Positions 1 through 8,747 of a stretch of DNA of 64,000 bases are shown piece by piece. Under the pieces are notes generated by a model. It was not told the DNA's origin and did not search any database. It saw only the letters and a list, made by a program, of their open reading frames with translations. Numbering within the stretch: position 1 is the first letter of the stretch; each line of letters opens with the position of its first letter. Origin of the DNA: an uncultured Bacteroidales bacterium. GTDB taxonomy: Bacteria > Bacteroidota > Bacteroidia > Bacteroidales > WCHB1-69. Where the stretch lies: assembly GCA_905233585.1 (NCBI GenBank), contig CAJOFD010000007.1, positions 6,684 through 70,683 on the forward strand, read 5' to 3'. The translations under genes and the position numbers were made by a program.

Positions 1-173
1 TTATCCTCGCCAAATGCATCATAAAACTCTTGGAATTTACTGTCATCCCAAGTTTCATGAACCGTCTCCAATGACGCTTCCGTTTTTTTGAGCTGGTCAT
101 TCAGATTATTTACAGTATCCTCAATTTTGTGTCGAAAATCTATCAACTCATCAAGATTGTTTATTACAGCCAT
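1..173 (-). CDS. Small helical WXG100/Esx-like protein (N-terminal part only; the gene runs off the window edge)
   Basis: ATG at 173, 8 nt after the stop of the FtsK-like gene. Hand translation: MAVINNLDELIDFRHKIEDTVNNLNDQLKKTEASLETVHETWDDSKFQEFYDAFGED... About 40 aa from the N-terminus it has W-x4-F-x2-F-x3-F spacing, as in S. aureus EsxA (WEGQAFSRFEEQF). The WxG glycine is Asp here. Confidence 0.45.
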   Translation of the reverse strand, partial: MAVINNLDELIDFRHKIEDTVNNLNDQLKKTEASLETVHETWDDSKFQEFYDAFGED

Positions 174-181
174 ATCCTTGG

Positions 182-3100
182 TTATTTATAAGGTTTAAAC
201 TTGGTTATTTCATTGTTGACGAAATTAAAATACAAAGCACGGAAATCAGAACTTGGGCGGCCGCTAACTTTTAATTTGTTTGCCGCTGCTGTTCCGACAA
301 CCTTGTTCGAATCATTTTCAGGCATCTGCAATGCTATTCTGTGATTGAACAGATTCAATGCACCTCTACCTATGCGAATCAAATTGCTCAGATTGTCCAC
401 CTGAAGCACTGTGAAAACGCCTAACGACGGTCCATCTTTCAAAATGGTTTCCAGCAATTTGCTACAATCTGAAGTACGATCACTAGAAGAACCACCCATG
501 TCAAACATCCTTCCTAATTGGAATGATGTAATGTGCAAATATACATGATGCATCTCTGATTCATCATCCAAATTTTTTCGATAATCAATTAATCCCTTCA
601 GATTTCCTAACACAGTTGAAACCTCATCCGCTTTCCTTGCGTCAAACCATTGAGAACTTTGCTTTATCGCTTCTATTTGTTCCGAATTGTACAAGGTCTG
701 CAATTCGTCATCATTACGCATAAAATTGCACAAAACAAAGGTTGCAGTATTATCATTATGTGCAATTGACTGCGACAAAAGTGAATAGTATGCAATTCTT
801 TTCGCCACGTCCTGTCGCCCACCAATGATGAGTATGTTATTATTAGACTCCTTGACCAATGGGACATAAACATCCGTTGCGGTTATGGCAATGCTTTCAC
901 CAACATATATACCGACTTCCTTAGGTATATTCGACATAACGAAGTGCTTCTCATCCATGATTTTTTTATTGAAATCCGGCAAATCTTTGCTTCTAAACAC
1001 ACGCATTGTCAGATTATCATCTACTTGTTCAAAGTGAGCCTTGGCATATGCGGATACACGTTCAAGCAACTCCCTTAAATCAGTAGATGCCTTGATAAAG
1101 AAGCCTCTGGTGATATTATTGGCATACTCCGAGCCGGATTCATCATTATAAATACACACACCTGTCTGAAGATGTGGTTTTGGAGTCTGCGACGGCCATT
1201 TCACCAGTTCACTGAAATCATTTGGGTCACTCTTGAACACAATTCTATTGGCAATCAAGTCACGAGGCAGAATGCTTTTCGAAGGCAGCTTTTGTGTCGC
1301 CAGAATAAGATTGATGCCAAATTTGCGGTACTCTTGAATGATTACATGTATGTAACGATTAGCTTCTTGGCTGATTTTATCGTTGTCAATTTCAAAAAGC
1401 TTTTGGAACTCGTCAATGATAACCAATAATCGTGGCACTATCATATCGGGGTTTCTCTCTTTAAGTTCAACAATGTTGGTTACATCATTATCCCGACACA
1501 AAGTCATCCTTCTGTCTCCTTCGGCTTTCAACTCCCTCAAAATACTTAGCCCAAACTCTCGTTCTGCCTCTGGTGCCACCACTCTTGCGTGAGGCAGCTT
1601 ATGTTGGGCATAAATATTGAACTCCACGCCGGAAAAGTCAAGCAAATACATCTGAAGTTCTTTTGGTGAATAGTGAATTGAGGCATTAGCAATAAGTGCA
1701 TGAAGGAAGACGCTTTTCCCAGAACCGGGAATACCAATGACGACTGCTGAATTTTGACCGCTCTCCTGTGTGATGTGAAGAGCTTGTGTCTGCATGTCCG
1801 TGGATATTCCAAACGGCACATCTATACGGTTAGCACTTTGCCCTGTCCACCATTCTTTTTCAGGGAGCATATAATCATTAAAGTGTAGCACAGTTTCCGT
1901 TTTCACCTCCATCTCTTGGTTAATCTTTCTTACCACATCCGAAAGGATATACTCCGGTAGGGTGTCATAATGGAGATTGTGTGACACAGATTCCTGATTA
2001 TTAGGATTCTCCTGAGCGAGGAGTTTAATCGTTTCACACGATATACTCTTAATGGCATTCTGCATGATATTGTATCCCTTGAGCATCTCTTCTGAACTGT
2101 TCACTACATCATTATTAACCATCACCACGACGGATACACCTGCTCGAGGTCCATTACGCATGATTTCCTCCAGTTTTCCCCACACTTCACTACCATAACC
2201 GCCCATAGGGACATCTTTCAAAACAAGGAGCTGATAAGCCTCTTTGTTCGTCTTACCCTTGTTGTAATCAGAAAGACAGGTAATTTCACCTTTTAACAGA
2301 TTTTGTATCACATTCTCAATGTGGACAGACAGCCCATTCAACAGCTTTAGGAAATCATCATAGCGTGAGATAATATGAAATACTTTTCTGTTCAGATTCT
2401 TAAAAATATTGCTCGTCCCCTCCATTTCATACAAATCAACCATAAACACGTGTGCTCCCCCATTGGGAACAGATGTCAACATTCTGCTTATCAACGTGTT
2501 CGTTATTCCGAAACACTCTTCTCGATGTTTTCTGTCATAAACCATCTGGATATTTCCTCCGCACAAAGTGTGGACATACGACCTTGTCTTAAACGAAACG
2601 GCTTCTTGAAAAAGAGGGTAACTCACTTCATCTTCACCAAGATAAAAAGTGCTTTGAACGTCATCCGAACGATTATTCAAATTATTCCAAACTAACGAAG
2701 TTGCAGGCGCAAGTTCATACCTATTTGGGTAAAGGGGCGGATTCTGTTCATAAAAATCATCGAAGACAGGATATAATGAAGCCATCACTTGCTTTTTCGC
2801 TTGTTCGTACAAACATCTATATTGAGTCTTCTTATCATCCACCTCCCTTAATGAACTTGATAGGTTTTGAGAACTGTGATGAGCAACTAACCGATATTGA
2901 TAGGTATTGTCCAATTTTCTCAAATCATCTTCATAAATTTTGTTAAATGTTGCGTATTCCCGCTCCAATCTACTCATTAAGTCTATCATTTGCACACAAC
3001 CAAACTGGTATTGTTCCAAAGAAACGTCAAACAACTCCTCTGAATAGTGCTTCGATATATGTGGCCTTTTAACAAGATAATGAGATCTTTTGAAAGTGTC

Positions 3101-3520
3101 AATAATTTGGAGGACATTCTGGGAGAATTCCGCAAAAAATCGTTCCGTGTCCTTAGCAAAGTCATACAATACAGTATCGTTTTGTGGTGTTATAACCACT
3201 TGGGGTTCGGGATCTGGTTTAGATGGTGCAGATTCCACTTCAGGAACGACATTTTCTTTCTGATTCAGGATCTGTACCCAATTAGAAGTCAATGGTGTGG
3301 TTGCAAGTACAATTCTATCTCCAGAATGAACGGGGCTATGCCCTTTCACTTTTCTTCCATTTACATACGTACCATGCTTACTCTGCAAATCTTCTATCTC
3401 ATACGTACCAGAATCCGTTTCGGTTATTTTTGCATGATGACGAGACACAGAAGATACATTAACAACAATATCATTCTCTGGTAATCGTCCTATTGTAACT
3501 GTTTTTGTATTGTTTTTCAT
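182..3520 (-). CDS. FHA-domain FtsK/SpoIIIE-family ATPase with three P-loop-like modules (EssC/EccC-like layout, no TM segment seen)
   Basis: 1112-aa ORF with an N-terminal FHA domain (TIGRLPENDIVV..SRHHAKI..SKHGTYVNGRKV). Walker A GIPGSGKS lies at nt 1712-1735 and Walker B LLVIIDEF at nt 1406-1429, followed by GINLILATQK, which is typical of FtsK/SpoIIIE. The flanking modules keep the pattern but have degenerate P-loops (LCGGN.., IIGGRQDVAKR). Confidence 0.85.
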   Translation of the reverse strand: MKNNTKTVTIGRLPENDIVVNVSSVSRHHAKITETDSGTYEIEDLQSKHGTYVNGRKVKGHSPVHSGDRIVLATTPLTSNWVQILNQKENVVPEVESAPSKPDPEPQVVITPQNDTVLYDFAKDTERFFAEFSQNVLQIIDTFKRSHYLVKRPHISKHYSEELFDVSLEQYQFGCVQMIDLMSRLEREYATFNKIYEDDLRKLDNTYQYRLVAHHSSQNLSSSLREVDDKKTQYRCLYEQAKKQVMASLYPVFDDFYEQNPPLYPNRYELAPATSLVWNNLNNRSDDVQSTFYLGEDEVSYPLFQEAVSFKTRSYVHTLCGGNIQMVYDRKHREECFGITNTLISRMLTSVPNGGAHVFMVDLYEMEGTSNIFKNLNRKVFHIISRYDDFLKLLNGLSVHIENVIQNLLKGEITCLSDYNKGKTNKEAYQLLVLKDVPMGGYGSEVWGKLEEIMRNGPRAGVSVVVMVNNDVVNSSEEMLKGYNIMQNAIKSISCETIKLLAQENPNNQESVSHNLHYDTLPEYILSDVVRKINQEMEVKTETVLHFNDYMLPEKEWWTGQSANRIDVPFGISTDMQTQALHITQESGQNSAVVIGIPGSGKSVFLHALIANASIHYSPKELQMYLLDFSGVEFNIYAQHKLPHARVVAPEAEREFGLSILRELKAEGDRRMTLCRDNDVTNIVELKERNPDMIVPRLLVIIDEFQKLFEIDNDKISQEANRYIHVIIQEYRKFGINLILATQKLPSKSILPRDLIANRIVFKSDPNDFSELVKWPSQTPKPHLQTGVCIYNDESGSEYANNITRGFFIKASTDLRELLERVSAYAKAHFEQVDDNLTMRVFRSKDLPDFNKKIMDEKHFVMSNIPKEVGIYVGESIAITATDVYVPLVKESNNNILIIGGRQDVAKRIAYYSLLSQSIAHNDNTATFVLCNFMRNDDELQTLYNSEQIEAIKQSSQWFDARKADEVSTVLGNLKGLIDYRKNLDDESEMHHVYLHITSFQLGRMFDMGGSSSDRTSDCSKLLETILKDGPSLGVFTVLQVDNLSNLIRIGRGALNLFNHRIALQMPENDSNKVVGTAAANKLKVSGRPSSDFRALYFNFVNNEITKFKPYK

Positions 3521-3553
3521 TCTTTTATTTTTTTGTTTTTCTCACAAGTTATC

Positions 3554-4096
3554 CTATGAACAACCTCTGCCAATAGCGACAATAATGGCAATAAAAATTA
3601 TAATCAAAATTATCGAACCAATACAGCCTATCGTATTGCCTAAATGATTTCCTATATTATCACCCATCTTCCTGCGAAATCCCACAGAAAAGTCATCCCC
3701 TTTTTTACGCACATCCGCAGAAATAATGTGTTCTTCTTTTTTTATGTTCATTTCTGAAGGAATGTCAACAAGTGGTCTGTTTTCATGTGGCGTTTGAGGT
3801 GTATACTGGGAGCTGGCAGGTTGTACAACCGTTTCAGGGATAGGGGTTTTCGTAGAAGAAAAATAGGTTTTCCATGGCAATGTTGTGTTGCCAATCCTAA
3901 CTACATCATTTACCGAAATCCGTACCGTTCCATTGATTCTCTTGCCATTCACATAGGTTCCGTTTGTACTATTAAGATCTGTCAATAGAAAAGCACCTGT
4001 GTTGTCTTGAGAAATCGTACAATGATTGCGCCCAACACAAGGGTCTTCGATGACAATGTCATTTGAGGTATTTCTGCCAATATTTACTTGCTTCAT
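3554..4096 (-). CDS. FHA-domain protein with a C-terminal membrane anchor
   Basis: 180 aa. FHA motifs: NIGRNTSNDIVI..GRNHCTI..STNGTYVNGKRI..RIGNTTLPWKTYF. There is a single hydrophobic segment at the extreme C-terminus (IGSIILIIIFIAIIVAIG). Confidence 0.8.
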   Translation of the reverse strand: MKQVNIGRNTSNDIVIEDPCVGRNHCTISQDNTGAFLLTDLNSTNGTYVNGKRINGTVRISVNDVVRIGNTTLPWKTYFSSTKTPIPETVVQPASSQYTPQTPHENRPLVDIPSEMNIKKEEHIISADVRKKGDDFSVGFRRKMGDNIGNHLGNTIGCIGSIILIIIFIAIIVAIGRGCS

Positions 4097-4109
4097 ATTT
4101 TTAATTTTA

Positions 4110-4964
4110 TTAATATCTCTTTTTTCTCATATATCCCTTAATATGGTTTGCAAACTCTTCGCATGACTGATAACGCTCCGACGGATCCTTCGCCAAAGCA
4201 CGTTCCACAATGAACTGTAGATTTTGTGTGATTGGCGGGTAAAAACTACTCATCTGCGGAGTGGGGGCATACTTGACTTTTTCCTTGATTTCCGCAATGT
4301 TTTGTCGTGGATTTGGATTATCAGAGGTGAATGGCAACGTGCCTGTCAGCATCTCAAAAAGCATGATGCCAAGGGAAAAAATATCGGAGAATACTCCAAC
4401 ACGTCTTTTTTCTGACTGTTCAGGAGGCATATAGGCAGGCGTACCATATCCTTCGCCTGTTGTGCTGGTACTGGCACTTGACATACGCGAGGCAATACCT
4501 AAATCAATGAGTTTCAGCTTTCCATTTGGCTGTATCATCACATTGTTGGCTTTAATATCCAAATGCAATATTCTCTTTTGGTGCAGATACGCCACGGTAT
4601 CCAGAATTTCCAAAAACATCGGCAATGCTTTCTGCTCCGGAATAAGACCTATCTCCCTGTAAATGTAATTCTCAAGACTTCTTCCTTCAATGAATTCCAT
4701 AACGATGAACATTTGCTCGGTTTCTTTCATGTCAATAAAATCCACCAGCTTAGGGATATTCGGATGTGTCAGATACAAGTACATCTGTGTTTCCTCAATG
4801 AATTTCTGCTTGATAACAATATTCTTGAAATGCCTAATCTTCAGTTCCTTAATGGCCACAGGAAAACCGCTGCGCAAGTCTATACCCCAATAGACCTTTG
4901 CGGTTCCACCCTCTGCAATCAGATGGTCAACATGATACCACGGTATTTTGGGCAAGTCGTTCAT
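4110..4964 (-). CDS. Hanks-type Ser/Thr protein kinase (kinase domain only)
   Basis: 284 aa. It carries a Gly-rich loop EGGTAKVYWG, VAIKEL lysine, catalytic loop HLDIKANNVM (non-RD), DLG in place of DFG, and GTPAYMPPEQ as the APE-like motif. Confidence 0.88.
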   Translation of the reverse strand: MNDLPKIPWYHVDHLIAEGGTAKVYWGIDLRSGFPVAIKELKIRHFKNIVIKQKFIEETQMYLYLTHPNIPKLVDFIDMKETEQMFIVMEFIEGRSLENYIYREIGLIPEQKALPMFLEILDTVAYLHQKRILHLDIKANNVMIQPNGKLKLIDLGIASRMSSASTSTTGEGYGTPAYMPPEQSEKRRVGVFSDIFSLGIMLFEMLTGTLPFTSDNPNPRQNIAEIKEKVKYAPTPQMSSFYPPITQNLQFIVERALAKDPSERYQSCEEFANHIKGYMRKKRY

Positions 4965-4969
4965 AACCG

Positions 4970-6034
4970 TTATTCTTTAGACATTTTAGTAGTATCGGTG
5001 GAAGGTGTAGGAGTGGGCGTGGGAGTACTTTCAGCATTGGACTTCTTGTCATTGGAATTTTCTATGGAGTTTGCAAATGCCTCCATAGCATCAACAATTC
5101 TCTGCTGCTCGTCATCGGATGCAGCATTATATTTGTCCTCAATTGTCTTTTTCGTGCCACCTGCACCCCATCCTTGCTTATTGCAGAAGTCTTTTTCATG
5201 CCCTTTTATACTTTTCAGCGTGTTGTTGAAAAGTCTTTTCCTTGAATCCCTTTGGGATTTTGCAAGTTGTGCTTTAGTTGTTTGCAATTCCGTTCGTGCA
5301 GCGGTCAATTCTTTATTCACTGTGTCCAACTGGTTCTTAAGTTGAGTTGCTTCTTTTTCTTTTGCTGTTTCTTTTTCTTTTGCTTTTTTGGCTGCTTCAG
5401 CTGCATCTGCTGCTGCTTTTTTGGCTGCTTTGGCTGCTTCAGCTGCATCTGCTGCTGCTTTTTTGTCTTTGGCAGACTCAGACTCTGCAGCTTTCCGTGC
5501 TGCTCTATCGGCTTCTGCTTGAGCTCTGTCGGCAGCGGCTTGTTTTTCCGCTGCTTCTTTTGCTGCTTTATCAGCTGCAGATTGGGCTTCAGCATATTCC
5601 ATTGCCGCTTTGTCATAGTCTCTCTGGGAATTCTGTATCTGTTGTTCAAGTTCTTGTTCTTGTTTTGTGTCGTTAAGACATACTCCCCATATAACACCTC
5701 CGATTAATAATAACACCACGCTGGCCACGGCCCATGTCCACCATTTGCGATAGAATGGAATGGGGACCATGGTCCTACCACCTCCAGCAGAGGCAAAGTA
5801 GCCTTGCCATGGCAAAACAATGCTGCCAATCTTCACCTCGTCGCCCGGACGGATGACTGTTTGTCCTGATATACGTTTTCCATTGACGAATGTGCCGTTG
5901 GTGCTGTTCAGATCCATTACAGTGAAATTTCCATTATCGTCCTGCACAATCTGCAGATGATTACGGCTTACTTTCTCATCATTTATAATGATGTTATTGT
6001 TCTCCTTACTTCTTCCGATGGTTATTACTTTCAT
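4970..6034 (-). CDS. FHA-TM-coiled-coil protein (Ala/Lys/Glu-rich extracytoplasmic region)
   Basis: 354 aa. The N-terminal FHA domain reads ITIGRSKENNNIIIN..SRNHLQI..STNGTFVNGKRI..KIGSIVLPWQGYF. A TM segment follows (WWTWAVASVVLLLIGGVIWGV), then a long A/K/E-rich heptad-like region and a Thr/Pro-rich tail. Confidence 0.8.
   Translation of the reverse strand: MKVITIGRSKENNNIIINDEKVSRNHLQIVQDDNGNFTVMDLNSTNGTFVNGKRISGQTVIRPGDEVKIGSIVLPWQGYFASAGGGRTMVPIPFYRKWWTWAVASVVLLLIGGVIWGVCLNDTKQEQELEQQIQNSQRDYDKAAMEYAEAQSAADKAAKEAAEKQAAADRAQAEADRAARKAAESESAKDKKAAADAAEAAKAAKKAAADAAEAAKKAKEKETAKEKEATQLKNQLDTVNKELTAARTELQTTKAQLAKSQRDSRKRLFNNTLKSIKGHEKDFCNKQGWGAGGTKKTIEDKYNAASDDEQQRIVDAMEAFANSIENSNDKKSNAESTPTPTPTPSTDTTKMSKE
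5390..5464. repeat. Perfect 33-nt direct repeat (5390-5422 and 5432-5464) inside the coiled-coil region
   Basis: ggctgcttcagctgcatctgctgctgctttttt occurs twice, separated by 9 nt. On the minus strand it encodes KKAAADAAEAAK twice. Confidence 0.9.
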
Positions 6035-6038
6035 AACT

Positions 6039-7223
6039 TTATTTTTTATTTGTTTTCTTGTGACTGTTTGATCTATTAAAAATTCGACGACCTTTCCATT
6101 TATTTAGGTCTCTTTCTGTGATTTCTATGTCTTTATTAATCAAAGAATCTGTTTTTTGTGCTTGTTGCAAGGAATTCTCGGCTTGTTGCAATGTTGTTTC
6201 GGCTGCTGTTTTCTTCTTATGTGTTGCCTTATTCAAATTATCTTTATTGGCCGTGGATTGTGTTTTCAGATTGGCAACTTTGGATTCCAAGTTTCGGATT
6301 TTGCTTTCCACAAAGGAGTCCCAAGAGAAAAGGGCAACCAAAGCCAGTACGACAATAATGACAGCGGCAATGATAATTCTTTTCAAGGATTTCCGAGATG
6401 TATGTCGTTTGGGGTTGAAACTCTCGTACTTGCTTTCTTTCCACGCACTGCCGTCCACTTGAATAAGTTCAACAGTGCAATTGTCCTGACCTCCGGGTTG
6501 AACAGTTTCACCCTCCATTGCAAGATTAATCAGCAAATTGCCTTTATCTTCCAATTTCGAGTTTTGTCGCAGTACCTTTTCTATTGTTTTGTCAGGAATC
6601 ATGCCGGAGAGGCCATCGCTACAAATGAGGAAGATGTCGCCATTTTTGGGCTGAATAGGATTGTTATTCGGATTGAAAGACGGCTGAAGATTTTGAGTTA
6701 CACCCAAAGCCTTGAGAATACGGTTCTTGTTGGGATGATGTTCCGCCTCATCGTCTGTTATTGTACCTGCATCGACCAAAGTTTGCACGTATGAGTGGTC
6801 TTTGGTGATACGATGCAGTTTCTTCTCCTTGCCGAGATAGAGGTATATGCGGCTATCACCCACATGGGCAATCCACACCTCACTTCCTTGCATCAGCACG
6901 ATGCAGGCAGTCGTACCCATGCCTTTATATTCAGGATAGTCATTGGCAAAACCAAGAATCTGCATGTTTGCAAATTGCAATGCACCATTGAGAGCGACAA
7001 GCGGATCTGAATACTTTTCTTTCTTTAGATAACTGATGATGCTATCCACCGCAAGCGAAGAGGCTTTGGCACCACCCACATGGCCACCCATACCATCACA
7101 CACCACAAAAACGTCACCATTGGGAGTGTCCAATGCCATATCGTGGCTGTCTTCCTGTGCCTTACGCACATTGCCAATAACACCCTTCTTGAAAATGTTG
7201 TTTCTATTGGTTACTAAACTCAT
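6039..7223 (-). CDS. PP2C (PPM) family Ser/Thr phosphatase with a TM segment and C-terminal coiled coil
   Basis: 394 aa. PPM motifs are VVCDGMGGHVGG, HVGDSRIY, LICSDGL and GGQDNCTV. A TM segment follows (IIIAAVIIVVLALVALFSW), then a heptad-like tail. Confidence 0.88.
   Translation of the reverse strand: MSLVTNRNNIFKKGVIGNVRKAQEDSHDMALDTPNGDVFVVCDGMGGHVGGAKASSLAVDSIISYLKKEKYSDPLVALNGALQFANMQILGFANDYPEYKGMGTTACIVLMQGSEVWIAHVGDSRIYLYLGKEKKLHRITKDHSYVQTLVDAGTITDDEAEHHPNKNRILKALGVTQNLQPSFNPNNNPIQPKNGDIFLICSDGLSGMIPDKTIEKVLRQNSKLEDKGNLLINLAMEGETVQPGGQDNCTVELIQVDGSAWKESKYESFNPKRHTSRKSLKRIIIAAVIIVVLALVALFSWDSFVESKIRNLESKVANLKTQSTANKDNLNKATHKKKTAAETTLQQAENSLQQAQKTDSLINKDIEITERDLNKWKGRRIFNRSNSHKKTNKK
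7069..7223. repeat. Copy A of a ~155-nt dispersed repeat (5' end of the PP2C gene)
   Basis: Hand alignment to 9645-9799 gives about 16 mismatches in 155 nt. The repeat ends at the shared start codon. Confidence 0.85.
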
Positions 7224-7247
7224 AACTGTATTTTTTATTATACTCCG

Positions 7248-8717
7248 TTATTCAATAAACCATGCTGGTTCGAGACTGCCGTCATTCTTCCATTTTATAA
7301 ATGACAGTTGTCCAAAATCAGGATGGAATTCAATTTCATTTTTCAAAGGATATTGTACCAACAATCTATGGTACTCCATGGCAAAGCTGTCCATATCTCG
7401 GAAACGATTTGTGGGATCAAATGCCAGACATTTTTCCAAGAAAGCCTTCCAATATGGAATACCCTCTTTGTTGTCAATATTTGAATCAGAATAATCAATA
7501 TAAATCATTGGTTCAACAAGCAGTTTTACATTTTTTGTTTTTATACCACCGGTTGGGATTATATAATCAGAAATTTTTCCATAGACAATCCCATCCACAA
7601 TAGAAAGAATAACCAGACCGAGATTATAGATATCTGTTGCAGGAGTTACCGGTTGTGTTAAAATTTGTTCTGGTGCACAGAAGTTGGTTGTCATGCCCGC
7701 TGAAACTTCTCCCATCTTTGTGCAGACAGGGTCAAATGGATGTAATCCGTCATGCAGACACAGTATGTTCTGAGGTTTCAGGTCGCAGTGAACATATCCA
7801 GACTTATGCAATTGCGACAAATCCTTGAACAAAGTCGTCAATGCGTTGGCTAATCGTTGCCTTGCCACTTTGTAATACACCGACAACTTATTGCCATTAG
7901 CAACCTGAACCATTTGTTTCTTGTATTCGTCAGCGTGAATATCCGTTGAACACACGGTATCACCCATTTTTTTTATCTGTACCGTTGGCTGAAAGATAGA
8001 GATGTCTTCACTTTGAAAACTCTCAATTGATTTGACCGATGTTGGATTATCTCTATCAGGCAGACACAAGACCTTGACCTGGCTGTCATGAAGAGAAATG
8101 GAGATATACTTTTTGCTTTCCACCTCCCGACGAGCATCTTGAAACTCTTTGCTCCCATATTCTTCTCCGTATGAAGCACATGCGGCGGTATTCATTGCCT
8201 TGCCTTCACACGAAGCGCTTCTATAACCATTTTCTGCATACAGATTGTCCAATTTGCTTCGCTCTCCCAAAATCTGCGTTAACAATGTCGCAGGAACTAT
8301 CGAACTGACAGTCCTGTCCGATAGGTAATAATTCCCTATAAGCCCATTTTGTATGTTATTAAATCGGTATATGTTTTTCTTCAACAACTCCTGATTAACC
8401 ATACTATCAATTTCCGACATTTTGCGGCTAATGGCGAGGGGAATATTACCTCGATCACAACCTAATACGGATGAGACTTTGTATTGCATATCTAATTCTT
8501 CCCTTTTCCTTTTAATCTCAATATATCTGTTTAAACCATCTGGAGCTGTATCAAACCGAAGGATAACATTAGCTTGTGCATTCAAGTCACTTGCTTGGTT
8601 TGAAATTGGATTAAAAACCGTACCTTCCACAATCTTTTCTGACTGCCGTTGTCCACAATGAGGACAATAATCTCCTTGATAATAGTGCCCGTTGGGACAT
8701 TGTTTGTACTCGCTCAT
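7248..8717 (-). CDS. Zn-ribbon protein with a C-terminal atypical protein-kinase-like domain
   Basis: 489 aa with an N-terminal CPNGHYYQGDYCPHCG. The C-terminal region has a catalytic loop VHCDLKPQNILC and FCAPEQ (APE). I could not recognise a Gly-rich loop or a DFG motif. Confidence 0.65.
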   Translation of the reverse strand: MSEYKQCPNGHYYQGDYCPHCGQRQSEKIVEGTVFNPISNQASDLNAQANVILRFDTAPDGLNRYIEIKRKREELDMQYKVSSVLGCDRGNIPLAISRKMSEIDSMVNQELLKKNIYRFNNIQNGLIGNYYLSDRTVSSIVPATLLTQILGERSKLDNLYAENGYRSASCEGKAMNTAACASYGEEYGSKEFQDARREVESKKYISISLHDSQVKVLCLPDRDNPTSVKSIESFQSEDISIFQPTVQIKKMGDTVCSTDIHADEYKKQMVQVANGNKLSVYYKVARQRLANALTTLFKDLSQLHKSGYVHCDLKPQNILCLHDGLHPFDPVCTKMGEVSAGMTTNFCAPEQILTQPVTPATDIYNLGLVILSIVDGIVYGKISDYIIPTGGIKTKNVKLLVEPMIYIDYSDSNIDNKEGIPYWKAFLEKCLAFDPTNRFRDMDSFAMEYHRLLVQYPLKNEIEFHPDFGQLSFIKWKNDGSLEPAWFIE

Positions 8718-8747
8718 ATCATAATATTATTATGTCATTAAAACTAA

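Noticed and set aside
4563-5345. 260-aa plus-strand ORF
   Set aside because: It spans the junction of two well-supported minus-strand genes (kinase and FHA protein), has no motif and has no promoter context. It is an antisense shadow ORF.
5252-5707. ORFs of 151 aa and 109 aa (plus strand) and 126 aa (minus strand, off-frame), Cys/Phe/Leu- or Lys/Gln-rich
   Set aside because: They lie antisense or out of frame to the Ala/Lys/Glu-rich repeat region of the FHA-TM-coiled-coil gene. They are low-complexity shadow ORFs generated by the GCT/GCA/TTT-rich repeats.
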